From Methanonatronarchaeales archaeon (GTDB lineage: Archaea; Halobacteriota; Methanonatronarchaeia; JAANXF01): a DNA stretch of 64,000 nucleotides. The notes beneath the pieces were generated by a model. The model saw only the letters and a list, made by a program, of their open reading frames with translations. It did no database searches and was not told where the DNA came from. Within the stretch, counting starts at the first letter, position 1. Each line of letters opens with the position of its first letter. A program made the position numbers and the translations under genes. Below, piece after piece: positions 48,834 through 56,582 of the stretch. Location: NCBI GenBank assembly GCA_018263395.1, contig JAANXF010000017.1, positions 16,001 through 80,000 of the forward strand, read 5' to 3'.

Positions 48834-49268
48834 ATGGCTCGTGAGGAGATAGAGTTCGGGGACAGTCGAAACGTCATCGGATGCTGCGAAAACACCGAAC
48901 TTGAGGATTACAACGACGGCGAGTTCAGGGGGGAGACGATGGAGGTCGGCCTGTACCTCGCGATGGCGAGACAGGCGCAGCGGGAGGGATTTCCCGAGAT
49001 CGGTCGCGTGCTGGAGGACATAGCGTGGGACGAAGCGTACCACGCCGCCCGATTCGCCGAGCTCAACGGCAGGGTCTCGGAGTCGACGGAGGAGAACCTC
49101 GAAAAGATGCTGAAGGGCGAGAGGGGTGCAAACAGGCACAAGCTCGGCGTGGCCCTCGAGGCCGTGGAGGCGGGAATCGACGAGGCGCACGACTGCTGGA
49201 ACGAGGCCTCTCGCGACGAGCATCGACACGCCGAGGCCCTCAGGGGCCTCCTCGAAAGGCACTTCTGA
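48834..49268 (+). CDS. Rubrerythrin/ferritin-like diiron protein
   Basis: It has EVGLYLAMARQAQREGFPEIGRVLEDIAWDEAYHAARF and EASRDEHRHAEAL (ExxH pairs). The start is at an internal ATG of track ORF 48786. Confidence 0.7.
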   Translation: MAREEIEFGDSRNVIGCCENTELEDYNDGEFRGETMEVGLYLAMARQAQREGFPEIGRVLEDIAWDEAYHAARFAELNGRVSESTEENLEKMLKGERGANRHKLGVALEAVEAGIDEAHDCWNEASRDEHRHAEALRGLLERHF

Positions 49269-49355
49269 CGCTCCGTCCCCCCTCCGGGGTCCCGGAACGC
49301 CCCGGATCCTCCCTCTGGTACTCCCTTTAATACGGCGAAAACGCAACGTCTTGGC

Positions 49356-49781
49356 GTGAGCTACGAGTTCCTGGAACACACCGCGGACGTGAAGTTCAGG
49401 GCCACCGGCGGGTCGCTGGAGGAGCTCTTCGAGTCGGCGGCGGAGGCGCTGGTGGCCTCGATGGTGGACCCATCGACCGTCCGCCCGGAGGTGGAGGTCG
49501 AGGTGGAGGTGGAGGGCGACGACCTGACGGAGCTGCTGTTCCTCTGGCTCGACGAAGTAGTCTTCCTCGTCTCCGCCAGGACCATGCTGTTCCACAAGTT
49601 TGAAGTCGAGGAGGTCGAACACTTGGACGGGGCGCACAGGGCCAGGTGTAGGGGACTCGGCGAGGAGGCCGACCTCGACAGGCACAGCTTCGAGACCGAG
49701 GTGAAGGCCGTCTCCTACCACGGGATGGAGGTGGAGGAGACGGACGGCGGCTGGGAGGCCAGCGTGATACTGGACGTGTGA
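49356..49781 (+). CDS. Archease (RtcB activator)
   Basis: YEFLEHTADVKFRATGGSLEELFESAAEAL...VKAVSYHGMEV is the canonical archease signature. It lies immediately upstream of rtcB. Confidence 0.9.
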   Translation: MSYEFLEHTADVKFRATGGSLEELFESAAEALVASMVDPSTVRPEVEVEVEVEGDDLTELLFLWLDEVVFLVSARTMLFHKFEVEEVEHLDGAHRARCRGLGEEADLDRHSFETEVKAVSYHGMEVEETDGGWEASVILDV

Positions 49782-51226
49782 TTATGAGGAGAGAGGAACT
49801 GGTCAGAAGAGGGGACAACCTCTGGGAGGTACCGCAGGGGTACAAAAACTGTATGAGGGCGCCGGGCAGGCTCTACTCGAGCGACGAGCTGCTCCCGGAC
49901 GTGGAGGAGGACTGCCTGGAGCAGCTGGCAAACGTGGCCTGCCTCCCCGGGATACACAGGTACTCCATCGCCATGCCCGACACCCACCTGGGCTACGGGT
50001 TCCCCATCGGGGGAGTAGCGGCCCTCGACGCGGAGGAGGGCGTGGTGTCGCCGGGGAGCGTCGGGTTCGACATAAACTGCGGCATCCGCGTGCTCCGCAC
50101 CGATATCAGGAGGGAGGAGCTGACCGACGTGAAGGGCCTCGTGGACAGCCTCTTCGAGAGGATTCCCAGCGGCGTGGGCTCGAAGAGCGAGTTCCGCGTC
50201 TCGAAGGACGAGCTGAAGAAGTTCCTAGAGAGGGGGTCGCAGCACGCCGTCGACGAGGGGTTCGGCCGCAGGGAGGACTACGAGCACTGCGAGGAGAATG
50301 GCATGATGGAGGAGGCCGACTCGTCGAAGGTTAGCGAGAGGGCCCTCGAGCGCGGAAAGGCCCAGATAGGCACCCTCGGCTCGGGAAACCACTTCACCGA
50401 GGTTCAGTACGTGGACGAGGTCTACGACGAGGAGGCGGCGGAGGTCTTCGGCCTTTTCGAGGACCAGGTACTCGTCATGATACACACGGGCTCCCGCGGC
50501 TTCGGACACCAGGTCGCCACGGATTACATCAAGAGGCACGAGGACGCCATGGAGAGGCACGGCGTGGAGCTCCCGGACAGGCAGCTCGCCGCAGCCCCGG
50601 CCCAGAGTCGGGAGGGACAGGACTACCTGGCCGCTATGGCGTGTGCCATGAACTACTCCTGGAGCAACAGGCAGATGCTGACGCACTGGGCCCGGGAGGT
50701 GGTCGCCGACCACCTCGACATGGACGAGGAGGCCCTGGGCCTTGATGTGGTCTACGACGTCGCTCACAACACCGCGAAGCGCGAGAGCTACGAGTTCGAC
50801 GGCGAGCGCAGGGATGTCCACGTACACAGGAAGGGCGCTACCAGGAGCTTCGGACCCGGGCTCGAGGCCGTGCCGGAGAGGTACCGGGACGTCGGGCAGC
50901 CGGTACTCATCGCCGGAACCATGGGCAGCCCGAGCTTCGTACTGCACGGGACCGATACCGCGATGGAGGAGTCGTTCGGCACGACGTGCCACGGCGCCGG
51001 AAGGACGATGTCCAGGACCGCGGCGAAGAAGAAGTTCTGGGGCCGCACGGTTCAGGAGGAACTCGCCGAGCGACAGATGTACGTCCGCGCCACCAGCGGC
51101 GCCGTCCTCGCGGAGGAGGCCCCCCTCGCATACAAGGAGAGCCAGTCAGTCGTGGACATCGTCGACAGGGTCGGGCTCTCCAGGAAGGTGGTCAAGGTGC
51201 AGCCAATGGGCACAATCAAGGGTTAG
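49778..51226 (+). CDS. rtcB: RNA-splicing ligase RtcB
   Basis: The 482-aa ORF has PDTHLGYGFPIGGV, GFDINCGIR, GSGNHF, HTGSRGFGHQ and TCHGAGR. No intein is present. Confidence 0.93.
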   Translation: MIMRREELVRRGDNLWEVPQGYKNCMRAPGRLYSSDELLPDVEEDCLEQLANVACLPGIHRYSIAMPDTHLGYGFPIGGVAALDAEEGVVSPGSVGFDINCGIRVLRTDIRREELTDVKGLVDSLFERIPSGVGSKSEFRVSKDELKKFLERGSQHAVDEGFGRREDYEHCEENGMMEEADSSKVSERALERGKAQIGTLGSGNHFTEVQYVDEVYDEEAAEVFGLFEDQVLVMIHTGSRGFGHQVATDYIKRHEDAMERHGVELPDRQLAAAPAQSREGQDYLAAMACAMNYSWSNRQMLTHWAREVVADHLDMDEEALGLDVVYDVAHNTAKRESYEFDGERRDVHVHRKGATRSFGPGLEAVPERYRDVGQPVLIAGTMGSPSFVLHGTDTAMEESFGTTCHGAGRTMSRTAAKKKFWGRTVQEELAERQMYVRATSGAVLAEEAPLAYKESQSVVDIVDRVGLSRKVVKVQPMGTIKG

Positions 51227-52893
51227 GTGAAGAGGTCCTCGAAGCGCCTTATCTCCGGACCGGAGCCCAGCAGGACCACCTCGTCCCCCTCTTCTACGAA
51301 TTCGCCGCCGTGGGCAGGAATCACCGCGTCCTCCCCACGCACCAACGCGACGACGAGGCAGCCCGTCCTTCGCCGTATGTCCCCGGCACGCAGCTCCTCA
51401 CCGACCAGTCCCCCAGCGCTCCTCCTCGCTGCGACCGCGTCGAACGGTGGGTCCACGGCCCCGAGTCGCACGAGGCTCTGCATGAGCATCCTCGCACTGA
51501 CCGTGGGCATTGAGATGGGGTGGTCTACACCTGCCCATAGAAATTTTGACATCGACCCCTCAGATACCGCTCTCGCCGATATGTGGACCTCCGGGTTCAG
51601 GGACCTGGCCTCCAGGGCCGACTGTATAGATGCACTGTCGTCGTTCAGGGCGATTACGAACTCTCCAGCCCCGGGAACGCTGGCCTCCTTCAGCGCGTCC
51701 CTCGACGTTGCGTCCCCGACAACCTGCCCGTCCAACTCCTTCTCATCGAGGTCCACGACGGTGGCCTCTATACCGGCCGAGTGGAGCCTCTCGTGGGCCT
51801 CGGCTCCCACGTCGCCGTACCCCGCGATAACGACGTCCCCGAGGCCCTCAGTGTCGCTGGTCAGCCTGGCGAGGTCCTTCACGTTCTCCTTGCTGCCGAG
51901 CGCAATCAGGGCCGCCCCGAGAACCTCGACGTCCGGTTCTGGGTTCAGCACGAGTTCGTCGCCTCTCCAGAGCCCGACGATGAGGGCCTCGGTCCTGCCC
52001 CCGATGTCAGCGACTCGCATCCCCGACAGCTGGGAGCCCTCGGTTATGTAGAACATGGAGGGGTTGAGGTCGCCTATGACCTCCGCGCCCTCCTCCACCT
52101 TGATCGGCGGGGGCCAGTCCGCGGGGGTCGGTATCGCCAGCGTCCAGTCCACGAGGCCCCTCCCCATCGCCCTCTTCAGGAGGATCACGTGGTCCGCACC
52201 CGCAAGCTCCGCGTACCTGGCGTTCTCCTTCCTCTCGACCAGTGAGACCATCGACAGCTCCCCCAGACTCCTCGCCGCCAGCAACGACCCGATGTTATCC
52301 GCGTCAGACCCGCATGCAACTATTCCCCCCGCTTTCCCGACGTTCGCCCTCTCCAGCGTGTCGGTTTCGTCGGGTTTACCGAATACCACGTCGAGGCCCC
52401 GCCTCGCAAGAATCAGTGCCTCTGACTCGTCGCTGATGATGAAGAGGTACGGGACGCCGAGTTCATCGAGTGTCTCGGCGAACTTGACGACCAGCTCGTT
52501 GTAACCCGTGAAGACGATGTGGTCCTTCAGGGAGCTCGACGTCGGTGGACGGGGTGCGACCCTCTCCTCCACCCAGAGCGCCACCAGGGTCGCGACTATG
52601 AAGAACAGCAGGGTGAAACCGACCACTATGAGGAAGGCGGAGAGGAGGTTCATCCCCAGCGACGAGAAGGGTGAGTACCCCCCGTAACCGACGGTGGTGA
52701 TCGTCTCCAGCACGAAGACGAAGGCCTGGGCCCAGGTCATGGGCTTCCCCTCCTGAGTGATCACGAGGTGCCTGACAAGGGGAATGGACACCACGATCAG
52801 CGTAATGAGGAGGGCGAGGGCCAGACGGATCAGTCTCCTCATACGGTCGGTGCGCCTCATCCCCCTTAAGGAGGTGCCCCCGGGCAAAACCAT
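51223..52893 (-). CDS. Potassium channel with tandem RCK/TrkA domains
   Basis: It has an N-terminal two-TM pore with ETITTVGYGG, then two Rossmann-type RCK-N segments (IVFTGYNELV; VVIAGYGDVGAE) and TrkA-C-like regions. The start may be the internal MRRTDRM (52860). Confidence 0.85.
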   Translation of the reverse strand: MVLPGGTSLRGMRRTDRMRRLIRLALALLITLIVVSIPLVRHLVITQEGKPMTWAQAFVFVLETITTVGYGGYSPFSSLGMNLLSAFLIVVGFTLLFFIVATLVALWVEERVAPRPPTSSSLKDHIVFTGYNELVVKFAETLDELGVPYLFIISDESEALILARRGLDVVFGKPDETDTLERANVGKAGGIVACGSDADNIGSLLAARSLGELSMVSLVERKENARYAELAGADHVILLKRAMGRGLVDWTLAIPTPADWPPPIKVEEGAEVIGDLNPSMFYITEGSQLSGMRVADIGGRTEALIVGLWRGDELVLNPEPDVEVLGAALIALGSKENVKDLARLTSDTEGLGDVVIAGYGDVGAEAHERLHSAGIEATVVDLDEKELDGQVVGDATSRDALKEASVPGAGEFVIALNDDSASIQSALEARSLNPEVHISARAVSEGSMSKFLWAGVDHPISMPTVSARMLMQSLVRLGAVDPPFDAVAARRSAGGLVGEELRAGDIRRRTGCLVVALVRGEDAVIPAHGGEFVEEGDEVVLLGSGPEIRRFEDLFT

Positions 52894-52968
52894 TTTTGGG
52901 CAACCCGGTAAACAAAAATTGTAAACGTTACAAAAAAGTTTATTAAAGTTCCGGACACTCGGGATTCA

Positions 52969-53988
52969 ATGACGGGACGCGGATTCCTCGACACGATCGA
53001 GGACAGGTCTCCCCTTTACGTCCTGCTGCTGGGGAACACCGAAAGTGCGAAGATACCGGGGATATCCGCCGCGGGCGCCAGCCCGGAGCTCACCGATTAC
53101 ACACCGGCCGCCGACGCCGAGTTCCTGCTGCACGGGGAGTGCCGCTGCATCGACGGGGTACCCGTCACCCCGGACGGCATCCCGACGCCCGCCGTGATAA
53201 GCTGCGCCGCCCTATCACTGCTCGACGCCCCCGTCCTCCTCGCCGACGCCGGACTCGGGCCGGAGCCGGAGGCACCCGTCCTTAACCTCGGCGGCTCCCC
53301 CGGCGGCGACGTCCGGGAACCGAAGCCGGTCCCGGACGCACGGGGGCTCTTCGACCGCGGAGCCGCCCTGGGCCGCGAGCTCTCCAGGAGCGACACCTAC
53401 CTCGTCGTCGCGGAGTCCATAGCCGGCGGAACCACCACCGCCCAGGGAGTCCTGACCGCCCTCGGACACGACGCCACCGTCTCCAGCTCCCTCCCCGACA
53501 ATCCTCTGGAGCTCAAGCGCGAAGCGGTCCGGGAGGGTCTCGACGCCTCCGGCCTCGCCCCCGGTGACGCCTCCGGCCTCGAAGCCGCAGAGGATATGGG
53601 CGACCCCGTCCTCCCCGCCGTGGCCGGTATCGCCGGCGGCGCTGACTGCCCCGTCCTGCTCGCCGGCGGCACACAGATGGGCGCAGCCGCGGCCCTCCTC
53701 CGCGCCACCGGCGACACTCGCGACCTCGCGATAGGCACCACGCGCTGGATAGTTGAGGACGGCTCCAGCGACGCGGAGGAACTCGCCGCCGAGACCGGTT
53801 CGGAGCTGCTCAACTCCGAACTCTCGTTCGAAACCTCACGATACCCCGGCTTGAGGGCGTACGAGGACGGGGCCGTAAGGGAGGGGGTGGGCGCGGGAGG
53901 TCTCTCCCTTCTCGCCGAACAGCGGTTCGGCGCGGAACCGCTGCTGGACGAGGTGGAGGCGGTTTACGAATCCTTGGTGGACACCTGA
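52969..53988 (+). CDS. cobT: Archaeal CobT-type (UPF0284) nicotinate-nucleotide-dimethylbenzimidazole phosphoribosyltransferase
   Basis: It has LLLGNTESAKIPGISAAGASPELTDYTPAADAEF and VAESIAGGTTTA. The TATA-like aaaagtttattaaag lies about 25 nt upstream of the ATG. Confidence 0.8.
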   Translation: MTGRGFLDTIEDRSPLYVLLLGNTESAKIPGISAAGASPELTDYTPAADAEFLLHGECRCIDGVPVTPDGIPTPAVISCAALSLLDAPVLLADAGLGPEPEAPVLNLGGSPGGDVREPKPVPDARGLFDRGAALGRELSRSDTYLVVAESIAGGTTTAQGVLTALGHDATVSSSLPDNPLELKREAVREGLDASGLAPGDASGLEAAEDMGDPVLPAVAGIAGGADCPVLLAGGTQMGAAAALLRATGDTRDLAIGTTRWIVEDGSSDAEELAAETGSELLNSELSFETSRYPGLRAYEDGAVREGVGAGGLSLLAEQRFGAEPLLDEVEAVYESLVDT

Positions 53989-54023
53989 AGTCCCGCGGAA
54001 CCGCGGTTATCGAATTGTCTGGA

Positions 54024-54096
54024 TAGTCCCGGGCGGATTCGAACCGCCGTCCTGGGGACCAGAACCCCAGAGGATTGACCGCTACCCTACGGGACT
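54024..54096 (-). tRNA. tRNA-Gln (anticodon CUG), no encoded CCA
   Basis: I folded the cloverleaf by hand. The acceptor is AGUCCCG/CGGGACU, and the D arm is GGGU-AGCGGUCA-AUCC. The anticodon stem UGGGG/CCCCA carries the loop UUCUGGU. The T arm is GGCGG-UUCGAAU-CCGCC, and the discriminator is A. Confidence 0.9.
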
Positions 54097-54136
54097 TCAG
54101 CCTATAGAGAGTGGGCGGTGGGGAAATATTTTCGCC

Positions 54137-54256
54137 CTACCCGAAGCCGAGGACCTTGCCGCAGTGGGGGCAGGAGTGCATCTCGCGGCCATCGTCCTCC
54201 TCCGTCTCCACGTTGCTCCACCGGACGACGCCCCTGCAGTGGGAACAGATGGCCAT
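54137..54256 (-). CDS. 39-aa zinc-ribbon protein (not in the ORF track)
   Basis: My own translation is MAICSHCRGVVRWSNVETEEDDGREMHSCPHCGKVLGFG-stop, with two CxxC pairs. It lies 6 nt downstream of trmB on the same strand. Confidence 0.5.
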   Translation of the reverse strand: MAICSHCRGVVRWSNVETEEDDGREMHSCPHCGKVLGFG

Positions 54257-54262
54257 CGGGGG

Positions 54263-54991
54263 TTAATCCGCCGCCCCGGAGGTAATACTTTCGGGGTCGG
54301 ACCCTGCCCGTTTGAGCCGGAAGCGGAAGAAGGTCTCGAAGAGCTGCATCATCCCCGGGCTGTCGCTGAATATGCCTCTCCTTCCGTCCTCCGTCTCGAA
54401 CGACACGAGCATCTCGGAGTCCCCGATGACCACGAATCCGTTCATCCTTATGGGATGGGCGAAATCGTCGGGGAACGGCCGGGTGTCGACGTCGACTTCC
54501 GCGGTGGTCACCACCCTGGTTTCCGCCGCCGTCTCGCTCAGTTCAGGTTCCAGGTCCGCGACGACGCCGGGGTAATCAATTATCCATACCTTCTCTCTGG
54601 ACGCGCGAATTATCTCGCGGCCCCTCTCGACGACGTTTCTCTCCCCCGTGATGGTCCAGACCCCTCCCTTGCTCTCCTTCCGGGACTCCGTGTACGCCTT
54701 CTTCAGCGTCTGGAGGGCCTCCCGCTCCTCAGAGCGCCTCAGCCTCTTCAGGCGGTCCATAGCCTCCTCCGGCTCCACCGCCCTGTAAACTGTAGGTCGG
54801 GAACCGGACGTCTCGACCAGTCCCCGGTCGGCGAGCCTGTCGAGGGCTCCGTAGACGTTGGAGCGCGGCACCCCGCTTTCCTCGTGCACCTCCTTGGCCG
54901 TCGCCTCCCCCAGCCTGGTGAGGGCGGTGAACGCCAGGGCCCCGTACTTGGTCGGCCCCAGCTTCTCGAGTTTTTTCGCCGCGTCATCCAC
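54263..54991 (-). CDS. trmB: TrmB-family transcriptional regulator
   Basis: The N-terminal wHTH is LGPTKYGALAFTALTRLGEATAKEVHEESGVPRSNVYGALDRLADRGLV, with a TrmB-type C-terminal domain and a GTG start. Confidence 0.85.
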   Translation of the reverse strand: MDDAAKKLEKLGPTKYGALAFTALTRLGEATAKEVHEESGVPRSNVYGALDRLADRGLVETSGSRPTVYRAVEPEEAMDRLKRLRRSEEREALQTLKKAYTESRKESKGGVWTITGERNVVERGREIIRASREKVWIIDYPGVVADLEPELSETAAETRVVTTAEVDVDTRPFPDDFAHPIRMNGFVVIGDSEMLVSFETEDGRRGIFSDSPGMMQLFETFFRFRLKRAGSDPESITSGAAD

Positions 54992-55022
54992 ACGGCCGAA
55001 TCCACCGGGACAGTAATTAATG

Positions 55023-55040
55023 TTGTTGTTTTAACAACAA
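55023..55040. promoter_or_regulatory. Perfect 8-bp inverted repeat TTGTTGTT-tt-AACAACAA abutting an A/T-rich TATA-like element; candidate TrmB operator
   Basis: The sequence is aatgTTGTTGTTttAACAACAAaaaatatatg. It lies in the 56-83 bp divergent spacer between trmB and the surface-protein/RND gene pair. Confidence 0.5.
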
Positions 55041-55074
55041 AAAATATATGTCCACTTCTCGAAGAGGGTTGGGC

Positions 55075-56517
55075 ATGAGAAAGCTTCCTCCCGTTATCGC
55101 GACGCTCACATTGGTGGCACTGCTGCTGGCGTCCACACAGCCGTCTTCCGCCATTCTGGGAATCGAGGACCTGCCGCCCACCCACCAGGAAAAGTTCGCC
55201 GACGACTGGTGGGACGTCGACTCAGAGCCCGAGTTCGACGCCGAGGTCATGCAGAGCGAGATCGGTCCCGGGAAGCCGCAGCAGATCCACGTCCTACTTA
55301 CCAACGTCGGCCAGACCACGGGCTTCGACTCCGTCAACGACCCGGCAAGCGGAGGCGCACACGTCACCAGCGACCCGGTGAACGACACCAAGGCCGCCGG
55401 CAAAGAACTCGGCTACGACCAGGAGGGGACCACCGCAAAGAACCTGGTCGCCACTCTCGAGGGCAAGGGCCCGATAGAGGTGGACACCCGGACCGCCTCC
55501 TCGCCCTCCCCCGTGATCTCCGGCGCATCCGCCCAGCTGCCCTTCACGGTCACCGTGGACGAGGACGCGGAATCAGGAACATACGAACTCAACTTAACCC
55601 TCTCCTACAACTACCTGCAGGACGCCGCGGTGTTCTACGACAGCGGCAACTTCGTCCCCTACAGGTACCACAGGCGGACCGAAACCACGATACCCGTAAA
55701 GGTGACCGTCGAGGAGAACCCCGTGTTCGAGGTGATCGACGTGGAGGTCGCCGAGGGCGAACTCCGGCTGAGCAGGGAGTCCACGGTCGCAGTCACCTAC
55801 CGCAACATCGGGCAGGACACCGCCTACCGGGCCGAGTCCAGCCTGACCACGAAGCCGCCGTTCTCCACGCAGGGAACCGTCCGCCCCTCCGGAGGCGCGT
55901 CCGCCGACACCACGTTCCTCGGAGACCTCGCACCCGGAGAAGAGGCCACCGCGACCTACGAGCTCTCGGTCTCCAGGGACGGACTCGCAAAGAACTACAG
56001 CCTCAAGTCCAGAGTCAGCTTCGAGGACTCCGGTGGCAACACCGAGACCTCACGCGCCCTCAAGACCGTGCTGAGCGTCAGGCCCTTCGAGAAGCAGTTC
56101 CGCGTGGTCGACGCCGAGCTCGGGTCCGAACTGACACCAGGAGGGGAGTCCGCCCTGACGGTCACGTTCGAGAACACCGGGGACAGGCCGGCAAACGACG
56201 CGGTCGGCCGCATCAGCGTCGCCGACCCATTCACGTCGACTAGCGACACCGCCTACCTCGGAGACATCGAACCCGGCTCGACGGCGACCGCGAGGTTCAG
56301 GCTCTCCGCCGCCGGCGACGCCATGCCGAAGCGCTACGGCGTCGACTCCGAGGTCAAGTACAGGGACGAGAACGGCCGCACCAAGCTCTCCGACAACATG
56401 AAGGCCGAGGTCCAGGTCGGAGAGACCTCCGGCGGCCCCCTCGGCGCACCCGGTCTCACAGCCGCCTCCGCCGCCGCGGCCCTCGCCCTCCTGGCGCTCC
56501 TCGCCAGACGCAGATAG
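55075..56517 (+). CDS. Secreted repeat-rich cell-surface protein (COG1361-like) with PGF-CTERM-like anchor
   Basis: The signal-like MRKLPPVIATLTLVALLLASTQPSSA is followed by repeated beta-rich modules. The C-terminus is GAPGLTAASAAAALALLALLARRR (Pro-Gly-x, hydrophobic helix, basic tail). The track ORF starts at 55048. Confidence 0.7.
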   Translation: MRKLPPVIATLTLVALLLASTQPSSAILGIEDLPPTHQEKFADDWWDVDSEPEFDAEVMQSEIGPGKPQQIHVLLTNVGQTTGFDSVNDPASGGAHVTSDPVNDTKAAGKELGYDQEGTTAKNLVATLEGKGPIEVDTRTASSPSPVISGASAQLPFTVTVDEDAESGTYELNLTLSYNYLQDAAVFYDSGNFVPYRYHRRTETTIPVKVTVEENPVFEVIDVEVAEGELRLSRESTVAVTYRNIGQDTAYRAESSLTTKPPFSTQGTVRPSGGASADTTFLGDLAPGEEATATYELSVSRDGLAKNYSLKSRVSFEDSGGNTETSRALKTVLSVRPFEKQFRVVDAELGSELTPGGESALTVTFENTGDRPANDAVGRISVADPFTSTSDTAYLGDIEPGSTATARFRLSAAGDAMPKRYGVDSEVKYRDENGRTKLSDNMKAEVQVGETSGGPLGAPGLTAASAAAALALLALLARRR

Positions 56518-56582
56518 ATGCCTCGCCGCCCCCTAGAGAAGATGAGGGACTTCGAGTCGAGCACCTCTGAGAGGGAGGAGAG

